This document shows, in pieces, positions 41,351 to 50,810 of a stretch of 64,000 nucleotides of DNA. Both the position numbers and the translations under genes were made by a program. Each line of letters opens with the position of its first letter. The first letter of the stretch is position 1. This stretch comes from a bacterium (GTDB lineage Bacteria > UBA8248): NCBI GenBank assembly GCA_965261085.1, contig OZ253442.1, positions 1,632,001-1,696,000 of the forward strand, read 5' to 3'. The notes under the pieces are model-generated. The model saw nothing but the letters and a program-made list of their open reading frames with translations, did no database searches and had not been told where the DNA came from.

Positions 41351-42552
41351 CACTCCCCCCTTGAGGGGGAGTCGGTGAGGTAAGGGCGCAAGCCCGCAAG
41401 CGAACCGGTGGGGGGTGCTTTTATTTTAGAATCGTCCCCTCACCGCATCAGCCTTCGCACAAACCGCTCGGCTTCTGCGACTCCCCCTCAAGGGGGGAGT
41501 GATTCCCGTCCTTCTTCAGTTGGCAATACCCTCAAGGGGGGAGTGTTCCCGTCTGCTCGGCTTCTGCGACATCCCCTCCCTCATCACTCGCGTTTGTTAC
41601 CCAACACTTCGTGTATTTTCTCCAGAACGCCGTGGAGATTCTCAAAAACCTCCGTGTTCCAGAAGCGCAGCACGCGGTAGCCTCTGCGCCGCAGAAATTC
41701 ATCGCGCTCTCGATCGCGGGCTTTCCGCTCGGCGTGGCCGCCGCCGTCGAGTTCGATCACGAGTTTTTCGGACATGCACGCGAAATCCGCGATGTAGGGG
41801 CCGATGGGCTGTTGGCGGCGGAATTTGCGGGCGCCGAGCCCTTTGTCGCGCAGGCGAGCCCACAGCAATCCCTCCGCGTCCGTGTGTTCGCGGCGGAGGG
41901 TTTGGGCGTTTTGCAGGGTATTTCGGGCGTATCGACGGTTGGGGTCGGTTTGCTTGCGCGGTGGAGGGTTTTTCATGCGGTCTCCTCGGTGGCGGCTTTG
42001 GTATTACTCCTTCTTGGCCTTCATAATCACTCCCCCCTTGAGCAACGCCCTCGAACTAGCATTGTATCCAATCACTCCCCCCTTGAGGGTCATTTCCGAC
42101 CGATAAGGGAGGGAATGTCCCCTGCCTAGCGAGATATGTGGTCACTCCCCCCTTGAGGGGGAGTCGCAGAAGCCGAGCGTTTTGTGCGAAGGCTGATGCT
42201 GTGGGGGGTATGATTCTAAATAAAGGCTCCCCACAAAATAGAAGCACCCCCCACCGGCGCGACTTCGGGCTTCGCCCTCGTCTTGCCGACTCCCCCTCAA
42301 GGGGGGAGTGATTCCCGTCCTTCTTCAGTTGGCAATACCCTCAAGGGGGGAGTGTTCCCGTCTGCTCGGCTTCTGCGACATCTCCTCCTTCATCAGTCGA
42401 AGTTGACCCTCAAGGGGGGAGTAATTTTATAATGTGTAAGTCTAATGAGAAATCCAATCCTCCATTTTTCCCATGGACTTTTTTCACTCCCCCCTTGAGG
42501 GGGAGTCGGCAAGACGAGGGCGAAGCCCGAAGTCACGCCGGTGGGGGGAGTG
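41351..42552. repeat. Cluster of CACTCCCCCCTTGAGGGGGAGT repeats/MITE-like units surrounding the DUF559 gene
   Basis: About ten full or half motif copies; units 41351-41501 and inverted 42143-42310; about 90-bp direct repeat 41480-41573 / 42289-42382. Confidence 0.85.
41584..41976 (-). CDS. DUF559 (Vsr-like) endonuclease domain protein
   Basis: LRREHTDAEGLLW, KFRRQQPIGPYIADF, VIELDGGGH, RDRERD, VLRFWN. Confidence 0.92.
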   Translation of the reverse strand: MKNPPPRKQTDPNRRYARNTLQNAQTLRREHTDAEGLLWARLRDKGLGARKFRRQQPIGPYIADFACMSEKLVIELDGGGHAERKARDRERDEFLRRRGYRVLRFWNTEVFENLHGVLEKIHEVLGNKRE

Positions 42553-42581
42553 GTTTTGAAGACCAGGGAGAAGACCGACTC

Positions 42582-43610
42582 TCACACCGCCTCATACGCC
42601 CGGTGCACCGCGCGGCTTGCGCCGTTCCACCCCGGCATCACCGCGCCAAGCGGCCCGTTGCCGCCCGCCACGATGAGGTGCAGGTCTTCCGGTTCGTTCA
42701 CGGCGCGGATGAAGAAATCATCATCATCCCTGTCCACGGGATACTCCCACCGCCCGTTCGGCTTATCCTCCCGCCAGGGGCCGCCGCGCTTGAGCTCGCC
42801 CACCGTTCTGCCCGCGTTCGCTGAGACGTATGCGTGCACGTCCGCGCGGGAAAACCCCGCCTTGGCGCACAGGCGGGCGTGTTCGGGGGAGAGGATGAGC
42901 ACGGTGTCCGACCTCACCCAGATGGGCCACGAACCCATCGCCGCCATGTTGTCCATGTGGGAGACGAGCAGGCGCTTGGGGTCGCGGTCCACGTCGTTGA
43001 AGATGATGTGGGGGTTTTCCACCATCACGGCGGTGATGACGTCTTCATCCGCCCCGTAGCCGCGCGATGCGGCCAGCGATTCCCAGGGGCTGTCCTCTTC
43101 GTTCTCCGCTATGCAGAACGTGAAGCGAGACGGCTGGCTGTAGATGCTCATGCACGCCACGCGCGCGACGCCGCCCCCCAGGTTGAGCAAAAGGAGCCTC
43201 ACCGCGCGGCCGATGGTGGCGTTCGCCCGAAAGCCGGGGCCGAAGCATCCCTGGCCCCCCGTGACGCCGATTCGCTTCGCATAGGGGCCGTTTAAGATAA
43301 GAAGGGGCGCCACGCTGTGCATGGTGGCCTGCACGCCGCGCAGGTTGAGCGGTTCCTCGACGATGAGTTCCAGCGCCGCGATGACGACGGGCAGGTATTC
43401 GGGCTTGCAACCCGCCATCACGGCGTGCGTGGCGACGCTCCGCACGGTGGCGACCTCATCCAAAGGCGGGACGGGCGTCACCACCTCATCGGGGGCTCTG
43501 GACGTTCCCGCGAGCATGCGCTCGATTCTTTCTTCTGTTGGCGTGACCACGGGGAGGCCGTCCGACCAGGGTTTTTCCAAAAAAAATTCGAATTCATCCA
43601 TCTCGTTCAT
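42582..43610 (-). CDS. Conserved protein of the family usually found with UGSC/thioredoxin-like (seleno)proteins
   Basis: WSDGLPVVTPT, AVMAGCKPEY, RANATIGRA, AENEEDSPW, LIVAGG. Confidence 0.7.
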   Translation of the reverse strand: MNEMDEFEFFLEKPWSDGLPVVTPTEERIERMLAGTSRAPDEVVTPVPPLDEVATVRSVATHAVMAGCKPEYLPVVIAALELIVEEPLNLRGVQATMHSVAPLLILNGPYAKRIGVTGGQGCFGPGFRANATIGRAVRLLLLNLGGGVARVACMSIYSQPSRFTFCIAENEEDSPWESLAASRGYGADEDVITAVMVENPHIIFNDVDRDPKRLLVSHMDNMAAMGSWPIWVRSDTVLILSPEHARLCAKAGFSRADVHAYVSANAGRTVGELKRGGPWREDKPNGRWEYPVDRDDDDFFIRAVNEPEDLHLIVAGGNGPLGAVMPGWNGASRAVHRAYEAV

Positions 43611-43738
43611 GGGTTGTTCTCCGGTTGGTGTTTTTAGAGTGTATGTTTCCTCACACTATCACGCATGGCTTTGTTTTGGCTCGTCATTCCGGCATACACC
43701 CCGAATGACGGGCGTTGTGATTTCTCCAGAATGACGGC

Positions 43739-43839
43739 GTAGGGGCGGACCTGTGTGTCCGCCCGTTTTATGTCTCCTCCATATAAGGGGGTGATGTGAT
43801 AGGTGATCGCATAGGGCGGACACACAGGTCCGCCCCTAC
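43739..43839. repeat. Inverted GTAG-type REP doublet (REPIN-like)
   Basis: GTAGGGGCGGACCTGTGTGTCCGCCC ... GGGCGGACACACAGGTCCGCCCCTAC. Confidence 0.8.
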
Positions 43840-43886
43840 AAACCCTCCCTCCCCGCACAGCAACCCCTCATCAATCGGGTTTGACC

Positions 43887-44276
43887 TCACCCCCCGGCCT
43901 TGTTTTTCTCTATCGCGCGCTTCGCCGCCGCAAGCGCGTGGTTCGTTTTAGGAAAGCCGATATAGGGCGTAAGCGAAATGATGGCCTCTATCAACTCCTC
44001 GGGCGAGAGGCCCTGGTTCAGCACGCCGCGCGAGTGGATTTCCACCTCGCCCGATAAATCCTGCGCCGCCGCCGCCGCGACGATGAGCATCTCGCGCGTC
44101 TTGTTGTCGAGCAGGGGCTGGCTCCAGCAGGTGCCGAAACAGTATTCCACGATGGCGCGCGTGTGGGTGGGGGCGAGTTCGCCCATCTCGGTGAACGTGC
44201 CCGCGAGGCCGTCCTCACCATAGATGCCGAGAGATTTTCGTACCTCGATACCGCGCTCGTATCGCTCCTCGTTCAT
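43887..44276 (-). CDS. Carboxymuconolactone decarboxylase family protein
   Basis: ERYERG, FGTCW, LDNKTREM, YIGFP. Confidence 0.85.
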   Translation of the reverse strand: MNEERYERGIEVRKSLGIYGEDGLAGTFTEMGELAPTHTRAIVEYCFGTCWSQPLLDNKTREMLIVAAAAAQDLSGEVEIHSRGVLNQGLSPEELIEAIISLTPYIGFPKTNHALAAAKRAIEKNKAGG

Positions 44277-44471
44277 GTGCGTCTCCTTGTGTGTGAAGGA
44301 TGATGGGCCGTAGGGACAGGTCGCGACCTGTCCTTGTCTTTTATATTGGACGGATGGTGATGGGCCGTAGGGGTGTCGAACTTCCCGAAGAGGGGAGCTC
44401 TAGTGTAGCCGCCCGCCTTTGTTTTGATCGTCATTCCTTGTCGGCGGTTCCTCCCCCCTCATCCGTTGCTC

Positions 44472-44861
44472 TCACTCGCTCTCCTCGGGAATCACGCCGG
44501 GCCGCGTGGTGATGAAGCACACCACGCACGCGCATATCGCAAAGAGCAGGACTCTCGCGTAGGCCGGCGCGCTTAAGAGATAAATCGAGGGCCCCGCCAG
44601 GATGACGATGAGCGAGACGGAGGTCCACTTGGCCCGGGGCCTGATGACGCCGTGGCGCTGCCAGTTCGTGATGAGCGGCCCGTAGAGCCTGTGGTTCAGC
44701 AGCCACCCGTGGAGTTTCTCAGAGCTTTTCGAGAACGCGAACGCCGCCAGCAGGATGAACGGGGTGGTGGGCAGGACGGGCAGCAGCAGGCCGATTATTC
44801 CCAAGCCCAGAGAAACGTAGCCCAGCGTCAGAAACAATGGACGGGATATTTTTCCCCACAT
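44472..44861 (-). CDS. YbaN (DUF454) family membrane protein
   Basis: LPVLPTTPFILLAAFAFSKSS, WLLNH..YGP, RAK. Confidence 0.9.
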   Translation of the reverse strand: MWGKISRPLFLTLGYVSLGLGIIGLLLPVLPTTPFILLAAFAFSKSSEKLHGWLLNHRLYGPLITNWQRHGVIRPRAKWTSVSLIVILAGPSIYLLSAPAYARVLLFAICACVVCFITTRPGVIPEESE

Positions 44862-45015
44862 GATTTCGCCACCCCCGCATGGACTGCGTATCTGTTTTGT
44901 TTCAGGAATTCTCCCCCGAAGCGGCGTTTTCCACAACGCGCGCGCTTGGGCTTTCTCCGGGCCGATGTATTAGAATGGGCGGACGCTACCTCTTATATAT
45001 ATCTCAGGAGACGAC

Positions 45016-46770
45016 ATGGCCGTTCAGGACAAAGTGAGCGCGGATTCTTTGTGGAAAGACTTGGAGGGCATCTGCCGGTGGGAGCGGTACACGGGCACGG
45101 AGGGCGAGAATGCGGCGGTGCGCTACATCGAGGCGGAGCTTTCGAGCTTGGGGATAGACGTCACCGTCCATGCGTTCGAATCGCTCATCAGCATACCCGG
45201 CGCGGCGACGCTCCACATACTGGGAGAAGGCGGAGAGCGGATTTCCGCCATCACGGCCGTTTTCGGCGCCTCCACCGGGGCGGCCGGCGTGATCGGGCAG
45301 GCCGTCTACGTCGGCGAGGCCGGCCCGCCGGCTACGCCCTTCACCCATCCTTATTATCAGGGCGCATCGGGGGAGCACCCCGTGGCGGGGCGCATCGTCG
45401 TGGCCGAGGGGATGCTGAGCCCGGGGCGCTTTTATTTCTTTGAGCAAAGGGGCGCCATCGCCCAGGTCTATGTGAACAAGGGCAACGCGCATGAGCTCAC
45501 CGTCTCCACCATCTGGGGCGCGCCGACGCCCGAGAGCATCGCGCGGCTGCCGGCGACGCCCGTCATCACCTTATCTCGCGAACAGGGCGCGGGGCTGATG
45601 GAGCGGCTCAAGGCGAAAGAAGAGGTGAGGCTCCTCGTCCATGCCAAGACGGATACCGCCTGGCGCGAGACCCTCATGCCCGTGGCCACCATCACGCCCG
45701 ATAACGGGAGCGATGAATACGCCCTCGTGGGCGGGCACGTCGACTCGTGGCACATCGGCGCGAACGACAACGCGGCGGGCGACGCCACGCTCATGGAGCT
45801 TGCGCGCATCGCCCACGCAACGCGGGGAGAGCTTAAGCGCGGCCTCAAGGTGGCCTGGTGGAACGGGCACTCGCACGGGCGCTTCTCGGGCTCCACCTGG
45901 TATGCGGACCACATGTTTCACGAGTTGCGCCGAAACTGCGCCGCTTATCTTAATATCGATCAGCCCGGCTGCCGGGGGGCGACGCTCTATCGTCCGTTCT
46001 GCACGGCGGACATACGAGACTGGGTGCAAGACGCCGTGGCGCGCATCGGCGGCCAGAGTACGCAGCCCGATCATCCCCGCAAAATGGCCGACCAATCCCT
46101 CTGGGGGGTGGGCGTTCCCTCGTTCTCCTTCCTGCCCGTGCTCCCGCCGGGTCATCCGGAGTTGCGAAAGGATCACCCATCAGACGGCTTTCCCGAATAC
46201 TGGCATCACCCCGCCGACACGCTGGACAAGATGGATAAGGACTTGTTGGCGGAGCATTGCCGCCTCTACGCGGCGTCGCTGCACGAGCTTTGCTCTCTCG
46301 AGCGGGTGCCCCTGAACCCGGCTGCGACCGCAGCCGTCGTGAACGAGGAGATCGGCAGGCTTGAAGAACAAGGGGGCGGCGCGGTGGACCTGGGCGATCT
46401 GCGCGAGGCGGGCGCGCGCTTCTCCCGTGCGTGCGAGGCGTTGGGCGCGAAGCTTAAGAGCATCGACACCGCCCGTGCCAACCGCGCGCTTCTCGATATG
46501 AGCCACGCGGTCAATCCCGTTCTCTACACCCTCGCGGGGCCGTTCGATCACGATCCGGCGAGCGGCGCGTTCAGAATGCCGGGGCTTCAGTGCGTGAAGC
46601 ATTACGCCGAACGAGGCCCAGAGAGCGACGGGGGGAAAGTCATCTACACGCGCATCCTGCGCGAGAAAAACCGCGTCGTCTCAGGCCTCGATGCCGCAAG
46701 CGCGCTGGCGGAGTCGGTGGAGGTCAATTCCGAGCGAGGAGGGGTTGTTGAAAAACCCCTGATTCCGTGA
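45016..46770 (+). CDS. M28 family peptidase with PA domain
   Basis: GGHVDSW, GANDNAAG, GRFSGSTWYAD, YLNID, WHHPADT; last codons and stop lie within a MITE. Confidence 0.88.
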   Translation: MAVQDKVSADSLWKDLEGICRWERYTGTEGENAAVRYIEAELSSLGIDVTVHAFESLISIPGAATLHILGEGGERISAITAVFGASTGAAGVIGQAVYVGEAGPPATPFTHPYYQGASGEHPVAGRIVVAEGMLSPGRFYFFEQRGAIAQVYVNKGNAHELTVSTIWGAPTPESIARLPATPVITLSREQGAGLMERLKAKEEVRLLVHAKTDTAWRETLMPVATITPDNGSDEYALVGGHVDSWHIGANDNAAGDATLMELARIAHATRGELKRGLKVAWWNGHSHGRFSGSTWYADHMFHELRRNCAAYLNIDQPGCRGATLYRPFCTADIRDWVQDAVARIGGQSTQPDHPRKMADQSLWGVGVPSFSFLPVLPPGHPELRKDHPSDGFPEYWHHPADTLDKMDKDLLAEHCRLYAASLHELCSLERVPLNPAATAAVVNEEIGRLEEQGGGAVDLGDLREAGARFSRACEALGAKLKSIDTARANRALLDMSHAVNPVLYTLAGPFDHDPASGAFRMPGLQCVKHYAERGPESDGGKVIYTRILREKNRVVSGLDAASALAESVEVNSERGGVVEKPLIP

Positions 46771-47037
46771 ATTGGTGAATGAAACCAACCGGGGAGGAGA
46801 GGCCGTAGGGACAGGTCGCGACCTGTCCTTACAGGGCGGTGCGGTTTTGTTCGTCATTCCGGCGAAAGCCGGAATCCATTTGTTTTGCCTTTGTTTTTTA
46901 TTTTCTGATTGGTTCCCGTCGATGACGAGGAGATGAAAAGCCGGAGTTTTGTCCTTTTGCATCAGAATGGATTCCGGCTTTCGCCGGAATGACGACGGTG
47001 GTTAACTCCGAGCGCGGAGGGGTTTTTCAACAACCCC
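46741..47037 (+). mobile_element. MITE with IS1182-type ends (copy 2, 297 bp)
   Basis: TIRs GGGGTTGTTGAAAAACCCC / GGGGTTTTTCAACAACCCC; 5-bp TSD GAGGA (46736-46740, 47038-47042); contains REP hairpins. Confidence 0.9.
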
Positions 47038-47132
47038 GAGGAGCGAGGAATTGCGTACCAAGGCGGGAGGGTTTGACGCGACGGTGGAGGAATGGAATCA
47101 CTCCCCACTTGAATGTCAAACGCGAGCGATGA

Positions 47133-47346
47133 GGGGCTGTTGAAAAACCCCTCGTCGGGCGCATGGCCTTTACCCCCCTGACAAGGGGGGCCAGGGGGGT
47201 TGGTTTCCAGCCGAGGGAGGGCGAGCGGGACGGGTAAAGTACTATTCCCTCCGACTCCCCCCCATCCTTCCTTGCCATGAACGCTCCCTCCCCGGTCGCG
47301 TTCGACCCCCAACCCCCCTTGTCAGGGGGGCTTTTTCAACAACCCC
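47133..47346. mobile_element. Second MITE type with IS1182-like ends
   Basis: GGGGCTGTTGAAAAACCC ... GGGCTTTTTCAACAACCCC; interior homologous to 35950-36095; flanks inverted (GATGA/TCATC), not direct. Confidence 0.65.
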
Positions 47347-47367
47347 TCATCGGTCAGGTATGACCCC

Positions 47368-48297
47368 CTACCGCACCCTCAGGATAATCTTTCCGCGCAC
47401 GTGGCCGGTTTTGCTGATCTCGTGCGCCGCCGCCGCTTCGGCCAGCGGCATCTCTTGTATCTCGGGCGGGCGCACCGCTCCCGATGCGGCGAGTTTGATG
47501 ATTCTCCCCAAATGCGCGCGGTCCCGCCGCACGTCCGGGCGGATGACGCGCACGTCCTCTCTAGGCGGCGAAAAGCCCGGCGGACTCGCCACGATGTGCA
47601 CCAGCCGTCCCCCCGGTTTCAGGACCGAGAAGCTCCTCGCTTGCACCTCCCCGCCGATGGTGTCGAACACCACGTCGCAAGGAGGCGCCGCCTCGGCGAA
47701 GTCCTCCTTTTTATAGTCGATGGCGAAATCGGCCCCCAGGCTTTTCACGTATTCGTGGTTGGCCGCACTCGCCGTCGTGTAGACGGTGGCGCCGACGTGT
47801 TTCGCGTACTGCACGGCGAAACCGCCCACGCCTCCCGCGCCCGCGTGGATCAGGACTGTTTCACCGGCTTTCAGCCTGGCTTCGTCTTCAAGGGCTCTCA
47901 GGGCCGTGAGACCCGTGATGGCGAGCGCCGCGGCTTCTGAGTGTGAGAGGAAATCCGGTTTCGGGGCCGCAAGGGCTGCGGGTATGGCGATAGCCTCCGC
48001 GTATCCCCCTTCGCAACCCTGTTCATTGATGGCGAACACGGGGTCTTTGGGCTGAAAATCGGTTACGCCTGCCCCCGTTTCGCGGACGACGCCCGAGAAA
48101 TCCCTCCCCAGGATGTGGGGGAAGTGGGCGCGCACGTCTTCTTTGCGGAGTCCCTCGCGCACCTTCCAGTCGGCGGGGTTCACGCTCACCGCGTGGATAT
48201 CGACCACGATCTCCCCCGGCCCCGCCACGGGGTCGCGAGTATCTGCGTATTCGAGCACTTCCGGGCCGCCGTAGCCCCGCATCAAAATGGCTTTCAC
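47368..48297 (-). CDS. NADP-dependent oxidoreductase (MDR/quinone reductase-like)
   Basis: YGGPEVL, VNPADWK, LGRDFSG, AGAGGVG, GHVRGKI. Confidence 0.92.
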   Translation of the reverse strand: MKAILMRGYGGPEVLEYADTRDPVAGPGEIVVDIHAVSVNPADWKVREGLRKEDVRAHFPHILGRDFSGVVRETGAGVTDFQPKDPVFAINEQGCEGGYAEAIAIPAALAAPKPDFLSHSEAAALAITGLTALRALEDEARLKAGETVLIHAGAGGVGGFAVQYAKHVGATVYTTASAANHEYVKSLGADFAIDYKKEDFAEAAPPCDVVFDTIGGEVQARSFSVLKPGGRLVHIVASPPGFSPPREDVRVIRPDVRRDRAHLGRIIKLAASGAVRPPEIQEMPLAEAAAAHEISKTGHVRGKIILRVR

Positions 48298-49792
48298 CGC
48301 GTTCTCCTTGGCTGTCTCATTCTTTTACTTAAGGTCCGCGAAGGGCCCTGTGTCCTCGATCAATCCCAGGTAGTTCGTGCGTATGTGGTACCACAGGGCG
48401 AACTTCGCCTCGGGGGACCGTCAGAATGGTTATTGGGAATCTTATACATCATTTAACGAATTCCCGAGAAGGTGAGGTGTTTGAACGCTCTCGTTTTTTC
48501 TTCCGAAAATTTTGTTATGATTCTGGTGCAAGAATGTTGCGACACAGACTGTCAAAGCAAGTATAGGGAAAAATCCAGCGACCCTACAGAGCCGTACAAT
48601 GGAGATGGGTATCCGAGTGCATCAATCTCCTGTCCAGGAATTGAGAATTCGGGATTTCTCGGAGTGACGAACGGCTTGTCAATTTTTTGATGGCTCCCAT
48701 GTCATAAGGAGTTGGGCATATTAAACGGTTTCTCAAAGTAGAATGCCTTTTCGGATTGTTAATCAGCATCTTCGCTTTTGGTGCTTTCGGAGAAACCGCT
48801 TGGGCCTGCTCGAACGATATGAAGACGACCGTATCCGGGGGTGAGGCGTGCTGGGCGATCCATGTGATCAATGACGGCGGAATCGAACCCGGACGGCCTC
48901 TCGTCGTCTTTCTGCATGGTGATGCCGAACCCGTCGGAAAAAGCGGAAGATATGGAAAAAGTATTAGAAGAATGCTGCGAAAGCTCAAAAGTAAGAATAT
49001 AAATACCATACTCTTAGCGCGTCCAGGTTGTGAAAGAGAATTGCCCACCGGTTTGATTACCACCGGAATCGACGTGTCATGCAGAGGCAATAATTATACG
49101 CCTGAGGTTCTCGATGGGCTGGCCGCTGCGCTGAAGGCGCTCAAAGCCCACTACAAACCCTCGAAGCTCATTTTGCTGGGACACTCCGGTGGAGCGATGA
49201 TTTCGGGCATTTTGCTGGGGAGGACCCCGGGTCTCGCGCAAGGCGCCGTGCTAGTGGGCTGGGGGTGCGACACTGCGGAATGGAGGGACTGGCGCAACTA
49301 TTCCGCCGGGAAAAGGGGCGAGTGGGATGAGAGTCTTTCCGCTATAGACTTTGTTGGCAAGGTGCCGGTGAAAACCAAAATCGTCGCGCTGACGGGAAGC
49401 AAAGATCAGAATACGCTTCCCAAGTTCGGCAAAATGTGCACGGATAAATTGATCGCCCGGGGCGTCACCGCGCGCTTTGAGGTTCTGGAAGGCTGGGGCC
49501 ATGGCTCCGCTCTAAGGACCGGTGACGTGACAGAGGCGGTTCTGGAGGTTTCTCGTTGATTTTGGGGCGTTTCTTCCCGAGATAAAGCTGCGAGGGGTCG
49601 AATTCCAGTTGTTTGCGTCCGCTACTTCAAGCGCATTGGCCTTTATTAGTTGTGCCTGATCGATCCGAACACCCTGCGTCTCACCGTGTTCTCCTTGGCT
49701 GTCTCATTCTCTCATGCGAGGTCCGCGAAGGGCCCTGTGTCCGCCTCCAGCCCCAGATAGTTCGTGCGTATGTGGTTCCACAGGGCGAGCTT
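48294..49792. other. About 1.4-kb islet bounded by 112-bp diverged direct repeats
   Basis: 48294-48405 aligns without gaps to 49681-49792 (16 mismatches by hand count). Confidence 0.8.
48756..49559 (+). CDS. Secreted alpha/beta hydrolase
   Basis: Signal-like N-terminus, FLHGD, GHSGG nucleophile elbow, GSKD, GH; start uncertain. Confidence 0.8.
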   Translation: MLISIFAFGAFGETAWACSNDMKTTVSGGEACWAIHVINDGGIEPGRPLVVFLHGDAEPVGKSGRYGKSIRRMLRKLKSKNINTILLARPGCERELPTGLITTGIDVSCRGNNYTPEVLDGLAAALKALKAHYKPSKLILLGHSGGAMISGILLGRTPGLAQGAVLVGWGCDTAEWRDWRNYSAGKRGEWDESLSAIDFVGKVPVKTKIVALTGSKDQNTLPKFGKMCTDKLIARGVTARFEVLEGWGHGSALRTGDVTEAVLEVSR

Positions 49793-50287
49793 TGTCCAGT
49801 CGGCGGTTTCGAGGACCCGGTAGTTTTGGTCGAAAAACGGGTTGGGGAGATAGAAGGTCACCATCTGCTCGTCGCGCCCGTTTAGCAGCGCCACCGAATA
49901 GCTCACGGGGGCGTGGCCCGCGATGGGGGGATTCTGGTAAATCCGCAGGAGCATCGCCCGCGCGCACTTTCGCCACCGCGCCAGTTCGGGCGGGCAGGGG
50001 TGTTGCGCGTCGCCCCGGTGCTCGCCGATGCACAGGTGAAAATGCCAATCGCCCAAATCGACGGTCAGGTAGCCGTCCAGATAGCTGATCCGGCGGGGAG
50101 GTGATTTCACGCGGCACTCGAACACGGCTCCTTGGATGCAGGGGCCGAAGACGAGCGATTCGTAGTGGTTCTCGAACAAGTCGCGCAGCATGGTTTCCAA
50201 CGGCTCGCGCTCGGGCCGGAATTCCCAGACGCACTGCCGGCTCCCGTCCGCGCCTGTTTCTTGTCGATACAGCACGTCTACCTTCAT
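49712..50287 (-). CDS. Conserved hypothetical protein at the end of the B12 uptake operon
   Basis: 191-aa ORF, host codon usage; FGPCIQGAVFE, HFHLCIG, LPNPF. Confidence 0.7.
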   Translation of the reverse strand: MKVDVLYRQETGADGSRQCVWEFRPEREPLETMLRDLFENHYESLVFGPCIQGAVFECRVKSPPRRISYLDGYLTVDLGDWHFHLCIGEHRGDAQHPCPPELARWRKCARAMLLRIYQNPPIAGHAPVSYSVALLNGRDEQMVTFYLPNPFFDQNYRVLETADWTKLALWNHIRTNYLGLEADTGPFADLA

Positions 50288-50351
50288 GCGAGACCCCGTT
50301 TGCGAACCGCGCCGCTTGTCTCGGCGGGACCCGGGCGGCGTGATTCTTAGG

Positions 50352-50810
50352 TTATTCAGTTGTTCGCAAAAGAGTATAGCGTATGGTCAGCACGAGTGTC
50401 TTATCCAGGTAGGGCAGGGGAGCCGATTTTCGCACCGCCTCCAAAGAGGCGTCATCCAGAAAGGCGTTGCCCGAGGTATTCTTGACTCTCAAGTCATGCA
50501 GCCGCCCATCCGGTAGAATCTGAAAACTCACCGTGGCCGCGCCCTGGGCCCCTGATTCCCGTGCGATGCCCGGGTAGTGCTGGTAGCGCCTGATGCGCTC
50601 GATGATGGCCTGAAGGCGCGCGTCCGCATCGACCCGCACCCGTCTTTTCCTGAAAGTGAAAGAGGGCGTTTCGGACGATGCGGGACGACTTGTCTTGAGC
50701 GATGGCGCGTCCACGGAGGTTTCGATCTCCTGGGCGAGAAGCGGTGCGGGCATCGCGAGAAGAAAGAAGGTGAGGATTCTCGCGCATACGAGGGTTTTGC
50801 CGGTTCTCAT
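50352..50810 (-). CDS. tonB: Energy transducer TonB (C-terminal domain)
   Basis: YPGIARESGAQG, VSFQILPDG, TSGNAFLDDASLEAV; overlaps the ATPase stop. Confidence 0.8.
   Translation of the reverse strand: MRTGKTLVCARILTFFLLAMPAPLLAQEIETSVDAPSLKTSRPASSETPSFTFRKRRVRVDADARLQAIIERIRRYQHYPGIARESGAQGAATVSFQILPDGRLHDLRVKNTSGNAFLDDASLEAVRKSAPLPYLDKTLVLTIRYTLLRTTE

Noticed and set aside
48434-48460. Possible IS1595-like TIR (GGGAATCTTATACATCA) in the hydrolase islet
   Set aside because: No matching inverted partner or TSD found at the other end.
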